This document shows positions 48,601 through 61,000 of a DNA stretch of 64,000 bases, in pieces. The notes under the pieces were generated by a model. That model was not told the origin of the DNA. It searched no databases and saw only the letters and a list, made by a program, of their open reading frames with translations. Position 1 is the stretch's first letter, and every line of letters begins with the position of its first letter. This DNA comes from Eledone cirrhosa (taxonomy: Eukaryota). The translations under genes and the position numbers were made by a program. The stretch is taken from the NCBI GenBank assembly GCA_964016885.1, contig OZ024740.1:340194001-340258000 (forward strand). Reading direction: 5' to 3'.

Positions 48601-51135
48601 TAGGTGTGAAACATCACATCTCGTAAATGATATCCAAATTAATTTTATTAAAATTTCAGACCCCTTCATGATTTTAGCCTACCCTGTACATGGTAATGAA
48701 TTAATTAAACTCACTAAAATCATGACCTGACAAAATGTCATGATATGTTAACATTGCGGTGGATTGGCAGTATCGGTAGAGGGTCGGATGCCATGCTTTG
48801 CAGCACAGTTACGTCCCTTTACGTTCTGAGTTCAAATCCCGCTGAGGTTAACTTTGCCTTTCATCCTTACAGGGTCGATAAAATAAAGTACCAGTAATGC
48901 ACTGGGTAATTGCTGGCCTTGTGCCAAAAGTAGAAACAATTATTAACCATCAATAACAGACACAGGCATGTTTTATGTGGTTAATAAATTCAATTTACAT
49001 CCATGTTGTTTCAGGTTCCATCCCACAACAAGCTTAGAGCAAATGTGTCTTCTACTATATCCTCAAGTCAACCAATGCTTTGTGTGTGAATTTGGTAGAC
49101 ATAAACTGTAAAAGAAGCTTGTTTATATATATGTGCCTGTCAGTTTACTACACGAGTCTTCATATCAATAACATTTAAAGCAGCTGGTGACATTACTTTA
49201 TGCTCTATATAAATATTACGTCTCATAGCAGAGCAGTATATAACAGAAAAAAATAATGAAATTATTGTGTACAGTTCTCAGGTGCACTACAACTCATCAA
49301 AGGTGCATGTATAGTACATAGAATAATTGTTTCTACTTTTGGCACAAGGCCAGCAATCACCCAGTGCATTACTGGTACTTTATTTTATCGACCCGGTAAG
49401 GATGAAAAGCAAAATTAACCTCGGCGGGATTTGAACTCAGACCATAAAGGACCGTACTCTTTGCTGCAAAGCATGGCGTCCGACCCTCTACTGATACTGC
49501 CAATCCACCATAGAATAATGTACAAATGTTAGGAAAGTGAACAGTATATGAGTCATGATATACATGTATGCGTGTGTATAGAGGGGGATATCAGGTGTAG
49601 TGTTGGTGAATTTCAGGAAGCATGGAGGTTTTAAAGGATGCAGTGTCTCCACAGCTAACAACTGATGCAGGTAGTTTGTTCCATGCTTCAGCAACTCTGA
49701 ACGTAAAAAAATGTTTCCGAAAGTCATGGGAGCTGTGCTATTTTCTGACTTTGTTGGCATGCCCATGGTTGTTAGATACAGGGAATTCTAAAAGGTGCTC
49801 AGTGTTGTTGTTGGCAAGATGGTTAATAATTTTGTGGCCGTTTACCAAGTCAGTTGCCAGACATCGGAGCTTCAATGTATCCATGCCCAGGGAAGCAAGG
49901 TGTTCAGAGTATGGTAGATGCCTGATGGAGAGTATTCACTTCGTTTCACGTCTCTGGGAGGTCAATTTTCTGAGCAAGATAGGGGTTCCAGACTGTTGAT
50001 GCAAATTCTAAGTGTGGCCGCACCATAGCTATACAGCTTTAAATAGATAGCTGGAGAGCGGCTAACAAAGGTCTTGCTGAGTGATGCCAAGACACCCTCG
50101 GCCTTCTTGACAATTTTAGAGATGTGCTTTGTCCAACGCAAATAGCTGCTGACAGAAGACCTCTAACCTATACTTATAAATAAAGTATAGGTTAATATCA
50201 GGAAAAGTATCCAGCTGTTAAAAAAAAAATGCCTCAAAAAGTCTTGTACAACCTATGCTGGAAACGCAAGTATAAAAATGATGAAAGTTAGTTGACTATG
50301 AGAAGACTTTCCTATTTATCAAAATCTAAATATTGAAGCAATTTTTAAAATATTCAAGTTTAACCCTTTTGATACCAAACTACATAAAACTGCCACTCGT
50401 TCTATAATGCAAAACTGTTTATTTCAAAGTGTTTATCATCATCACTATTTTATGTATATATTCCATGCTTGCATGGGTTAGACAACTATCACATTCTGAG
50501 GCCTAACTGGTCATACATTTTGTTTTGGTTTCTATGGCTGGATGCCCTTCTTAGTGCCAACCACTTTATAGCTTTAAGTTATATTCCAAACACCAGCTTC
50601 ATAATGAGAAAGTTAGTTTAACTAAATCCTTCTAAATTCTTGATTATTTTAAAATTTATTTGAACATTAAAAGCAGTGTCTTTCATTAGAAATATGGTAA
50701 CAAAGTTAATTATTTTTTTCCTCTCTTGCAGTGTTAACCCAAACAATTTAATGTCAGTTAATCTGAAGGTTCTGAAAGCTGATTACCATGGATGTTTCCT
50801 CACTGTTGCGAAGTCAAAATGTCCATCTTATATTGGTACAACTGGCATTGTTATCATGGAAACCAAGAACATTTTCAAAATAATTACAAAAGACAATAAA
50901 CTTAAGTGTATGTATGGCAACATTTTTCTTTGATCACCTCTTGTTTCAGTTTTGGATCTTCCACGTCTGAATTACTTTTTCTTTCTTCTATTCTGTAGGT
51001 ATTCCTAAGAAAAATTCAATATTTTCCTTCAGTCTTGATGTCTACTGTTTCACTCTGTATGGTAACCACATGAAGGTGAAAGCCAGTGAAAGAAGTCACC
51101 GGAAGTTTAAGAATAAACCAAGTATAGATTTATGA
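42621..51135 (+). CDS. POP4: Ribonuclease P/MRP protein subunit p29 (POP4/RPP29); 6 coding exons, 681 nt, 226 aa
   Basis: join(42621-42630,44704-44765,46414-46640,47242-47310,50732-50907,50999-51135); all GT-AG with consistent phase; motifs FLPLHKLWKQY, LKADYHG, KSKCPSYIG..GI..ETK, IPK.NS.F, SERS.RKFK...IDL. Confidence 0.93.
43338..43502. mobile_element. Degenerate TA-flanked pogo/Tigger-type MITE
   Basis: TA-CTGTATATACTTGTGTATAAG ... CTTGTCCACGAGTATCTACGA-TA. Confidence 0.55.
44704..44765 (+). CDS. POP4: POP4 coding exon 2
   Basis: TTACAG acceptor, VHPYLPLPKEVLAKESELNIL, GTAATT donor. Confidence 0.75.
46414..46640 (+). CDS. POP4: POP4 coding exon 3
   Basis: NKKDLQENFLTKFVRR...KTLSSKQKKHLKIFHIQPDVQK; TTTCAG / GTGAGA. 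Confidence 0.88.
47242..47310 (+). CDS. POP4: POP4 coding exon 4
   Basis: FHNFLPLHKLWKQYMKRLIQFE; GTCAG / GTAAGT. Confidence 0.92.
47393..47613. mobile_element. piggyBac-type MITE family A, intact ends
   Basis: TTAA-CCCTTTAGCATTTA ... TAAATGCTAAAGGG-TTAA, perfect 14-bp TIR. Confidence 0.92.
47620..48465 (+). mobile_element. L1/Tx1-clade LINE 3' fragment
   Basis: W..YRGALPVREKL...CPRC...EETVTHALVYC (zf-RVT/CCHC), T-rich 3' UTR, AATAAA. Confidence 0.85.
48509..48686. mobile_element. TA-flanked Tc1/mariner-type MITE
   Basis: TA-CAGGTTGGGACAAAAATCAC ... ATGATTTTAGCCTACCCTG-TA. Confidence 0.65.
48756..48942 (+). mobile_element. SINE family 1
   Basis: Same head, B-box and tail as 9723-9914. Confidence 0.9.
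49250..50155 (-). mobile_element. CR1 LINE 3' fragment interrupted by SINE family 1 (49328-49508, - strand)
   Basis: Matches 14700-15375; SINE flanked by TSD CATAGAATAAT (49317-49327, 49509-49519). Confidence 0.9.
50732..50907 (+). CDS. POP4: POP4 coding exon 5
   Basis: LKADYHGCFLTVAKSKCPSYIGTTGIVIMETKNIFKIITKDNKLK. Confidence 0.95.
50999..51135 (+). CDS. POP4: POP4 coding exon 6 (stop TGA; AATAAA at 51139)
   Basis: CIPKKNSIFSF...LYGNHMKVKASERSHRKFKNKPSIDL*. Confidence 0.95.
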
Positions 51136-53434
51136 TGAAATAAATGATTTTAATATTGTATTCAAATTCTTTTCTCCATCATTTAACTACTGCTTTTTCA
51201 TGCAGAAGTTGGCCAGATGCCACTGACTAAGTCAGCACTAAATCAAGGGAGGACACATCTCACTATTACAAAGTGTACTAGGGGCATTGTCATAATCTTG
51301 AAACAGCTAGACCCTATATTTAACAAGTTTTCTATGACTGGATGCCCTTCCTAACACCAACCACTTTACAGATTGTACTAGATGCATTTTATTGTGCCAC
51401 CAGCAGTAGGGAGGTTGTCTTGCCCTTGACAACCCCAGAAGGATCCTCTTTGAAACAAGGGCATAAGGTGATGTTTCTCATTTAATCATCCTAGTTACTT
51501 CCCAGCTCTAGAAAGAACATCCATGATAATAGACTTCATTCATTCTTTACTATATTTCTAATAAAAGATACTGTCTATGATTTTTAAATAATCAAGAATT
51601 TAGTTGGATTTAGTAATATAACTAACTTTTTTGTTGTTAAATTGGTGTTTTGAGGATAAAGTTTCTCATTAAATAATAGGTTTTTAGATAAATATAAACA
51701 CTTTAAAACAGCTTTGTATTGTAGGTGTGGTTTCAACCGGTTTGGTATAAAAAAAGGTTGAAATTGTTGCCACTTCTCTTCCCACTAAAACATTCACATA
51801 CCTTTTATACTTTATTAATAGAAAGTAAAAAAAGACAAAGGTGTAAACACTCCTCATAACTGAATTTATATTTTACAAACTCTCCAGATTCAAATTACAG
51901 ACAAAGTTAACACTTATAATTCATATCAATTAGAAAATTATTTGAAATCTATACATACATTACTGTCACTCCCAACTCCTGAGATTTAACTGCCATCTGC
52001 AACTTTTACCATTTTACTTTTATAATAATAAAAATTATGTAGTGTTCAGGTGCATGTATAGTATATAGAATAATGTACAAATGTCAAGAAAGTGAACAGT
52101 GTGTATAGAGGGGGATATCAGATGTAGTGTTGGCGAATTTCAGGAAGCAGTGTCCTGACAGTTAACTGATGCAGGTAGTTTGTTCCATGCTTCAGCAACT
52201 TTGAGCGTGAAAAAATGTTTTCGAAAGTCATTGGAGCTGTACTGTTTTCTGATTTTGTAAGCATGTCCATGGGTGTTAGACATGTGGAATTCAAAAAAGG
52301 TGCTCATGGTTGTTTTTGGAAAGATGATCAATAATTTTGTGGGTGTCTACCAAGTCAGTTGTCAGACATTAGAGCTTTAATGTTACCTACCATCCATCAT
52401 TAACTCACTTCAACAATTACACACCCATATTTTTCAATCTCCTACCAACAACCAACATGTAGCTACCATCACTTATTTCTCTCTCCTGCCATCTTATTGC
52501 TGTTTCCTCTTCATACTTATACTGTTTCTTCCCCTGAGACTCCCAGCTCTCATCACATTTCTCTGTGCTGTCTATCACGAGCTCCCTCTCCTACCATGAC
52601 ACCCTCCTTCCTACCAACATGTAGCTATCAAAACCATCCTATCACTTTCTCCCCTTGACCACCTGGTAAACACCCTTTTTCAATTTACACTCTCAAGCAC
52701 TTTACTTTGCCTCTGTTCTTTCAGAGGCAAAGAAAGGATGACATTTTTTCCATGTAGAGGCTAGGCAATATCTCTCATGTTGGCACCACAATAAAATGCA
52801 CCCAGGAGTTGACAATGTAGGGTAGACAGGGCTCTTTACAGTCTAAATATAGTCATCACATTTTAAAATATGCCTACTGAAGCCCTTTGAACTTTTGCTA
52901 TGTATACAGTCCCCATCCCTGAGCAGTCATGAAAATCTCCCAAAAAAAAATTATTAATTAAACCTTTAATTTAAAAAATGTAAGAATTTTACAAAATTAT
53001 GGGAGCACCTTCCCAAAGAACTCAGACAAAAGTTATGACATAAAACGATTTGTGTAGAAAGTAGTTAACAGAATCCTGGGCTTGTAGGATATAGTCAAAC
53101 ATTGTTGGAACTAGGATGGCAGGATATAGTAAAACTTTGGGGCTGGAATACCAGGGTAGCAGAAGATATCCCAATATTCTAGTTCCAACAATATTTGACT
53201 GACAGGATATAGTCATTGTTGAGACTGAAGTACTAGGATGGCAGGATATAGTCAAACATCGTTGGGATGGTTGGATATAAACATTATTAGGGCTAGAATA
53301 CAGGGCCACCAAGATATAGACAAACGTTGGGATCAAAATACTGGTCTGGCAGATTCAAAGAATTAAAACAGCCAAATTTACTTTAACCCTTTTGTTACCA
53401 TATTTCCAATGAAATATACTGCCTATGCATTTCA

Positions 53435-53670
53435 GTTTTTCCTCTTCCCCCACTTATTCCTGAGAGGGTCGTAGGGGGCAGAGTCTTCAAACACTTGTGC
53501 CAGTGGGTCCTGTCAGAAACAACTGTCTCCAACTGATCCGGCTGGATCCCCAAGTGAGACCAGCCAAGCTCATGGATGTTATCCAACCATTTTGCTCTGG
53601 GTCTCCTACCAGTTGGTTTTGTCCGTAAAACCTGTCCAGCAATTCTTTCCTGAGACATACCCATAGTATC
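53435..53670 (-). mobile_element. RTE 3' fragment inserted in a family B MITE
   Basis: ORF 53395-53679 (RIAGQVL..KPTGRRPR.KWLD); GCATTTCA repeated on both sides. Confidence 0.6.
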
Positions 53671-54593
53671 GCATTTCAATTAATTTTGAAAAATTTGGAG
53701 GAATATAATAAAATTACTTTTTGATTAGTAAACTGAAAATTACCCAAGAAACATTTATATAAAATTATGATGGAATGTTTTAACTAAGACCCTGTAATGA
53801 TTTAGCAGAAAATATCTAAAAATAGGTTTGTTGATTCAAATGTTTATATCTTTACAAGTGGACAGATAATTATGAAAATTTAGAGTATTAGAGTAAAGAC
53901 TTAAATTTTTAATATGATGCAGTTATAATGTTTTGTACTTTTCAAGAATGTCTTGCTAATGTGCATTCATGTGGTTCAGGACGTTAAGAGTTAAAGTATT
54001 TGCCTTGCTCGTATAACCAATTGACAGTTTAAAACAATAAAATAAATACAAACTCTAAAGTTGGAAACTTTACACTTTATTTAATCAATAACTTTTATCT
54101 TTTTTTTTTTAATAAGACATTTGAAATAATTTAATTTAAGAGTCCATCAAAAACAAACATTGCTGACATATTGCAGGCTTTGCCACATCAAACTGGCATA
54201 ATTTTCTGGAAGAATAAGGATTTCAGTAACATTTGAACATCTGAACTGTTTCAGTGAAATATGTCAGATTAAAAGTCTGTATGGGAAGAAGCATCTGAGC
54301 GAAATACATAGAGAAGCTGCTCGATATGTCAGTATGGTCCTTTTAAAATGCCTAAGATGAGATGGTAGCTGATGAATGAGATTAACATGAACAAGAGAGT
54401 TGGTAGACACAAAAATTGTCCGTTCTGTAAATATCATTGAAGATGTTAACAGGAAGTCACCCTTCCTCTCTATAATTAACATTGAACCATACTAAAAAAA
54501 AAAAAATACTTGGAATCAGCAAATAGTTGTGTTTTGTGTTGCTTTATTATTAATATTATTATTAAATATTTGCTTTAGCTGTGTGTTAAACTG

Positions 54594-54730
54594 TTAAGGT
54601 GTCAACTTCGAATAAACTGTGGGTGAGAACTTCTTGCGTATATATTTCAGAATGTACAGAGGAATACAGCTAATCGAAGTGATCACTACAACCTTCCACA
54701 TGAAACTTCCTGTCTTTAGAAAAGACTCAT
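54594..54730 (-). CDS. ATP9B: ATP9 last coding exon
   Basis: [45 protein letters not shown]; candidate minus-strand AATAAA near 54545 and 54078. Confidence 0.95.
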
Positions 54731-54974
54731 CTAGAAAAAGGTAAAGAAATTTTATTGAAGTGTATATATGACAAAACAATGCAATAGTGGATTAATTAAG
54801 GAATGTACTAATAAATTTTAATGATTGTATGATTAAGAAGTTTGTTTCAGAACCACATGGTTTCAGATTCAGTCACACTGTATAGCACCTTGGGCAAGTG
54901 CTTTCTACTACACCCTCAAGCTAACCAATACCTTGTGAGTGAATTTGGTAGACAGAAACTATAAAAAAAAGTCC

Positions 54975-55020
<46 letters not shown>

Positions 55021-58000
55021 CATACTTCCCCTCTTCCTTTCCATACACCTCCTAACACTCCACCTTTCACCTATGTCCCTACTACACCCCACCCTTTTAT
55101 TCTAGGATATAATTACAAAAATATTCAGTATATATGTAGAAATAACATACAGGATTAAATGTACGAGTGACTTTGGAGAAATAACTATTTACATACAGAC
55201 ACACATACGTACATCCACCATCATCGTTTAACATCCATTTTTAAACACTAGCATTAATTAGGCAAGTTGTCCCATTACGAGACATCAGATCAGATGACTG
55301 TATACATATATATATATATACACACACACACAAAGGTGGTTGGTGACAGGAAGGGCACCCCCACTGTAGAAATCATGCCTAAAAGGGTTGAGAGAACCCT
55401 TTAGTTGTATAAAAAAAAAAAACATAATCTCTCTAGTGTTGGTGATCTACACGATAAACACACCCAGTACATGCTGTAAAGTGATTGATGATAGGAAGGG
55501 CATCCTTGCCAAACAAGGGATTAGGAGGACCCTTCACTTTGTGTCAAAAGACAACTTCTCTGCACTCAATATGACCATACATAAGCAGGGTACGGACCCC
55601 TCAGCCTGTCTGAGAAGGTAGTAGCCCCACTTCAGTACTGACGTGGGCTATGTAGCAAGGAAAGCAAATGTCAAATGATGATGATGACACACACACACAC
55701 TCATATATGGCATGTGTATGTGTGTGTGGCAGTTTACCATATATATCTTTACATTGTTGTTTAACGTGGCCAATAACACTTATATCCCACATAAACAATA
55801 TATTCCCAAACATAATGGTCAATGAAGGCATGTGGTATATATCCATACTAATAAATACAAGTATGCAATCATCATCATCATCATCATTTTACATCCACTT
55901 TTCCCTGCTTGCAAGGGTGGGACGGGATCTGATTCTGGTTTGATTTCTACAGCTGGATGCCCTTCCTAACACCAACCTCATTTACAGTGAGTGGCGGGTG
56001 CTTTTTTGCCGTGGCACCTCCACGACCACTTTGCAGTGGAATGATAGGGACGCCAGTCCTATCATCTCATTTCGACAGCTGAGTAAACTGGAGCAATGTG
56101 AAATAAAGTGTCTTGCTCAAGGAAACAACATCACCCGGTCTGAGAATTGAACTCACAACCTTTCGATTGCAAGGCCAATGCTCTAACCCCTAAGCCATGT
56201 GCTTCCATATGGTGATAGAAATAACATCTAGCCATAGAAAAACTGCCTCAAAAAGTCTCATCCAATCCATGTCGGTATGGAAAAGTAGAAGTAAAATTGA
56301 TAATAACGACGACTGATGACAAATAATTTCCATGTTAGTGAAGTTAACAATAAAATATTATTTAACTTACCAAAGAAGTCTTTGAAGACAAAAAGTGAAA
56401 TAACATAAATGCCAAGACTGAGAAACTCTGCCAATATCATCAACCAATGCCACATTTGAACAGTTAATGCCACCATTAGCAATTCAGTAAGGATAAGTGA
56501 TGTAAATGTTATGGCAACAACATGAATAAATTCCTCTTCAAACAGCAGTAGGGCTCCATACATGATGGTACCACCTAAAACAGAAGAACAGTTTGACAAT
56601 TAGAATTATTTTAAAGAATAGTTAATAGAATTAGAATGTCAGAGTCTTGAAGTAAGGCAGTGAATTAGTAGGGTCATTAGAGTGTCAGATTAAATGTTGT
56701 GGTTTTTATTCTGGCTCTGTGTACGCTGAATTCAAATTTCACCAAAGCAAACTTTCATCCTGTCAGAGTATATAAATAAATAAAGTCCAGGGCAGTGCAT
56801 TGACGAACCTCTTAAAATGTTAGACATGATGCCTTGCAGTTTCTCTTTCAGCTCTATACAGGAAGAAATTTCAAAAAGAAATTTGTATGAAACTAGCATA
56901 GGATAGCAGGTTTAGTGTGAGTAGGGTGAGAAAAGGAAAAGTAGGAATGCCAATCATTGGGTTTGTAATGTACAGAAATATAAATGGGTGGAAGTGTCAA
57001 AGGAAATTTCAGAAATGTCTAAGATGGTAGAGTCTGTTAGAAACTGTTGATGTAAGAAATGAAAACAGTTCATCCCAAGAGATCTAATAAAATGACCATA
57101 CAATTTAGGGATGACCCTGGTGAACAAAAGTAAAAAGCTGAGCCTTAATATAACCCATGAAGAAGTTGATCTAACTGATGTCAACTTGGTACCCCTGGCA
57201 ACCCCAGTGGTTTGCTGATACAGCAATTAATATATAGCAAATACAACACAAAAAGCATTTTAAGGCCATTTCCCTGCTAAAGCAGAGGTTAGCCTTGCAA
57301 GACTCATGACAAACTTCTCCATTTTGCTCTATCGTCTGTATTCCCCTTCACAAACATTGCTTTCATTTCCTCCTCCACCATATCTTTCTTGGTCTTCCCC
57401 TTCCTCTATTTCTTTCATCATTTATTTCCATCATTCTTCTTCAAAACTTGACCCAACCATCTCATTCTATTTCTCTTCACAACATTCATTACTAGCTCTA
57501 CTCCCATCATCCTCTACAATTTATTGTCTTCCTCTTTCTCTGAATGATTCTCCTCATCCACAGAACCAATCTCCTGTTGCTCTATGTCCATCACCCATGT
57601 CCCACTCCAATAGCTCATGCAACACATACCTTTCTTTTCAGTTTCAGGAATATACAGTTAATATCTATTAATTTGTTACCACAGCTAATTACTCTTATAT
57701 TAACAAATATAAAAGGAAAAATCTAAGACCAATAATAGATCGAAATTGAAATGTTACAAAGTCAACATATATTACAATATCAACTAATTACAAAGAGTAG
57801 GTTATAAAATTAGACTAACCTTGATAAATACTTATTAAAACCCACAGGAAAAATGTTTTGAATGATAAAGACCGGCCCTGAAATTGAAAAAGTTAAATAT
57901 CAGACTACATTATGTAAAATAGATTAGAGAGATGTTTCTGTATTGAAATAAACAATTAATGAAGTTAAATTCAGCTGATAAACAGCTGTAAAATGAATTA

Positions 58001-61000
58001 TGAGGATAGAAAGAAATCATTGACCAGTGCTTTACAGTGAAAAGTTCAAAAAGAAATATATCTTTTACTGTTTAGGAAGTGTCCACAGCCTCTGATTTTA
58101 GTGGGATTGAAAGGATTGAAAGAATAAGGTATCTTCAAATCAGAGATATAGCATGAATGATTACAAAAGTGGACACCTTTAAAGATAACCAAAGGTCAGG
58201 TGGGTGGTGTTAAACCAGGCAACAGATTAAGTTTATCTCCCTGGCAGATTACAGCAAGATTTGAACTCGGAATGCAAAAGACCAGAAGAAATACTGTAAA
58301 GCATCTTGTCTGATGCTCTATCAATTCCTCTAATCAATGGTCCAGGACTTTCATCATATTTTCTTGGTCCCAAAAGTCCATCATCGAGTTAACCCCCAGC
58401 TACTGCAGATACTCATTTTCAGCTGAGTGTACTGGAGCAACATGAAATGAAGTGTTTTGCTCAAAAACACAACACACCACCTTATCCAGGAATTGAACTC
58501 ATGACATGATCATGAGTCCAACATGTTAACCACTAGGCCATGTGTCTTCACATAGGAGGTTAGTAGTTCTAATTAAGTACTGACTTTGTAACAATCCATC
58601 CAATCCCTGCCAGCATGGAAAATAGATGTGAAATGATGATGATGACAAAAGAAAAGCAAAATGAATTAAATTACCTTTGTTAATTCTTTATATAATTCTG
58701 GATATGTCATAGCAATACCTGCTGAGACATCTTTGTCAAGCACAAGAGAAAATACTGGAAACATTGTGAACATTGTAGCGTATCTGGAAGAAGAAAAATA
58801 ATCAAAGAGAATAATCATTAGAAATATATTGAAATATGTTAACTAAGGAGGAGTTGAAGAATAGCTTCACAACAGAAAAACCTCTTGTGCACAGAAAATA
58901 TGGTTTCATAATAAATAAAATCAAACAGAAGGGGTCATTATCACTGATTTTAATGTAATCAGTGATTTGAATGAAGTTTAAACATGTTTAACCCTTTCAT
59001 TACCATATTTTAAATGAAAGACTGCCTATAATTTTTAGATAAGTTTGAAAATAATTATATTTAGAGGGGTTTAGTAATATAGCTAGCTTTCTCGTTATTA
59101 AGCTGGTGTTTAGAGTATAATTTAACAAAAGTTCTTACATAAAATTATGATAAAAGGTTTCTAAATAAATATAAGCAGTTTTGTATCATAGGACCGGGGA
59201 CAATTTCAGGTGGTTTGGTATCAAAAGGGTTGAATAAAGTAAATGGAGTTCTGTAGGTTTTGATGATGAATGTTCTATTTGTTTGATCAACAGAATGGTC
59301 AACTTGTTAAATTAATGTGCAAGTAACTGAGTAATCTACAGACATGTGAACCCCTCATATAATTCTTAGGGAGATTTAATGTGACACAGTTTGTGACAAA
59401 GCTAACTCTTTGAATTACAGGTACAGTCCTATAATTCAAAGGGTCAAGCTTTCAAATAGTTTCCATCTCCCTAGTCTCATTCACAAGGCTTGGGGTCGAC
59501 CTAAGGTTATAGTAAAATATATCTCCAAAGATGCTATGCAGTGGGATCAAACCTAAAACCCTATGATCTCTATGATTGTGAAGCAAACTTCTCAACCATT
59601 CAGCCATATTACAGTCAATAAATTAATGAATACTGGCTATTTTCAACAATTATTTATCTTGAATTGGGTAATTTATGTAGCGTTACCAGTAATTCTAATG
59701 TAGGTCAAAATATTGTATGTACAGTACTTTATAGAGTACAAGGATGAGTGGCTATATAGAAATGATTAGTTTGTATGTTTTGTTAACATAGATGAGCTGG
59801 AAATATTAACAAAATTTTCAACATTAAAAATGTAGTAATAATATACTGTCAACTCACCCAACCATGAGGAATCCAGGAAACAAAGACACAGAGGCAAAAT
59901 AAAAAACTGAACAGAAAACTGCCTGCATTGCAGTAATGATGAGCCCACGGTGGATAACAAATTGGGCCAAAGCTGCTGATCTTTTGTAGCTGAAATCATG
60001 ATAGAAACTTTATTTTTAAAAAAAGTAGCCAATTGCTTCATCACAACAGCAACAACAAAAGCATTTTAAAGCTATTTTTCCTGCTAAAGCAACCTTGCTG
60101 ACCTCATGAGAAGCTTCATACTTATCACAGGAGTATTTTTGCATCAATGTTTTACAACTTGATGCCCTTCCTGGCACCAACCTTTGTAGCTGCCACTTAT
60201 GACATGCAGGGATACAGTGTACATGTTCTAAACACACAGATTACTTTATTTATCCTTCCTCTAAACAAAAAGGACAGGCAAGAGAAGCTCCTTTAAAAAA
60301 ATGTGGAGACCACTGAAGGTGGCTTAAATTAGTCCTGGTTGGAATTATTATCGTCTCTTATTGTGAGAAACAACAAACAAGTGCTACTTCATTTAAAGAA
60401 TATGGAGGAAGTAAGCTGAAATAATAGGTAAATGTGGAGTATTAAATCATGGAAGAACTTACCTATTCCTACCATGAACCATGAGAAGATGGCCAATATA
60501 ACTGAACTGATTTATTGAAAAGTCTGCTGCAAGAGCTGCCTGTTTACCTTCCTAAAAAACAAAAACATTTAGTATTTAGAATATGTCAATTATATATTAC
60601 AATAACTTCTTAAAAGATCATACACATTCCAGGTTTTCAGATAATCTCTAGCAAGAAGAAAAATATGTTTTTAACTATTTAGAAAGGAATGACAGTATCC
60701 ATGACTCTTTTCAGGACCTTGGAAAATAGTGGAACAGAGAAAGATATCTTCAAATTGGAACTTGGATTTGAATACTTGTAACAAAGTGGAGTCCACAGAT
60801 GACCCCCAATAGAAAATGGACAAAATGCTTTGCAATATTTGTTCCTGCTATCTACATTCTAAGTTCAAATACTACCAATGGCAACTTTGCCAGTCATTGT
60901 TTTCGGGTCAATAAATAAAGTAACAGTCTAGTGTGATGGATTAAAAGAATTATCCTAATTGGGTGCTAGACCTAATATGTTGCCCAGTTTACTACCACCA

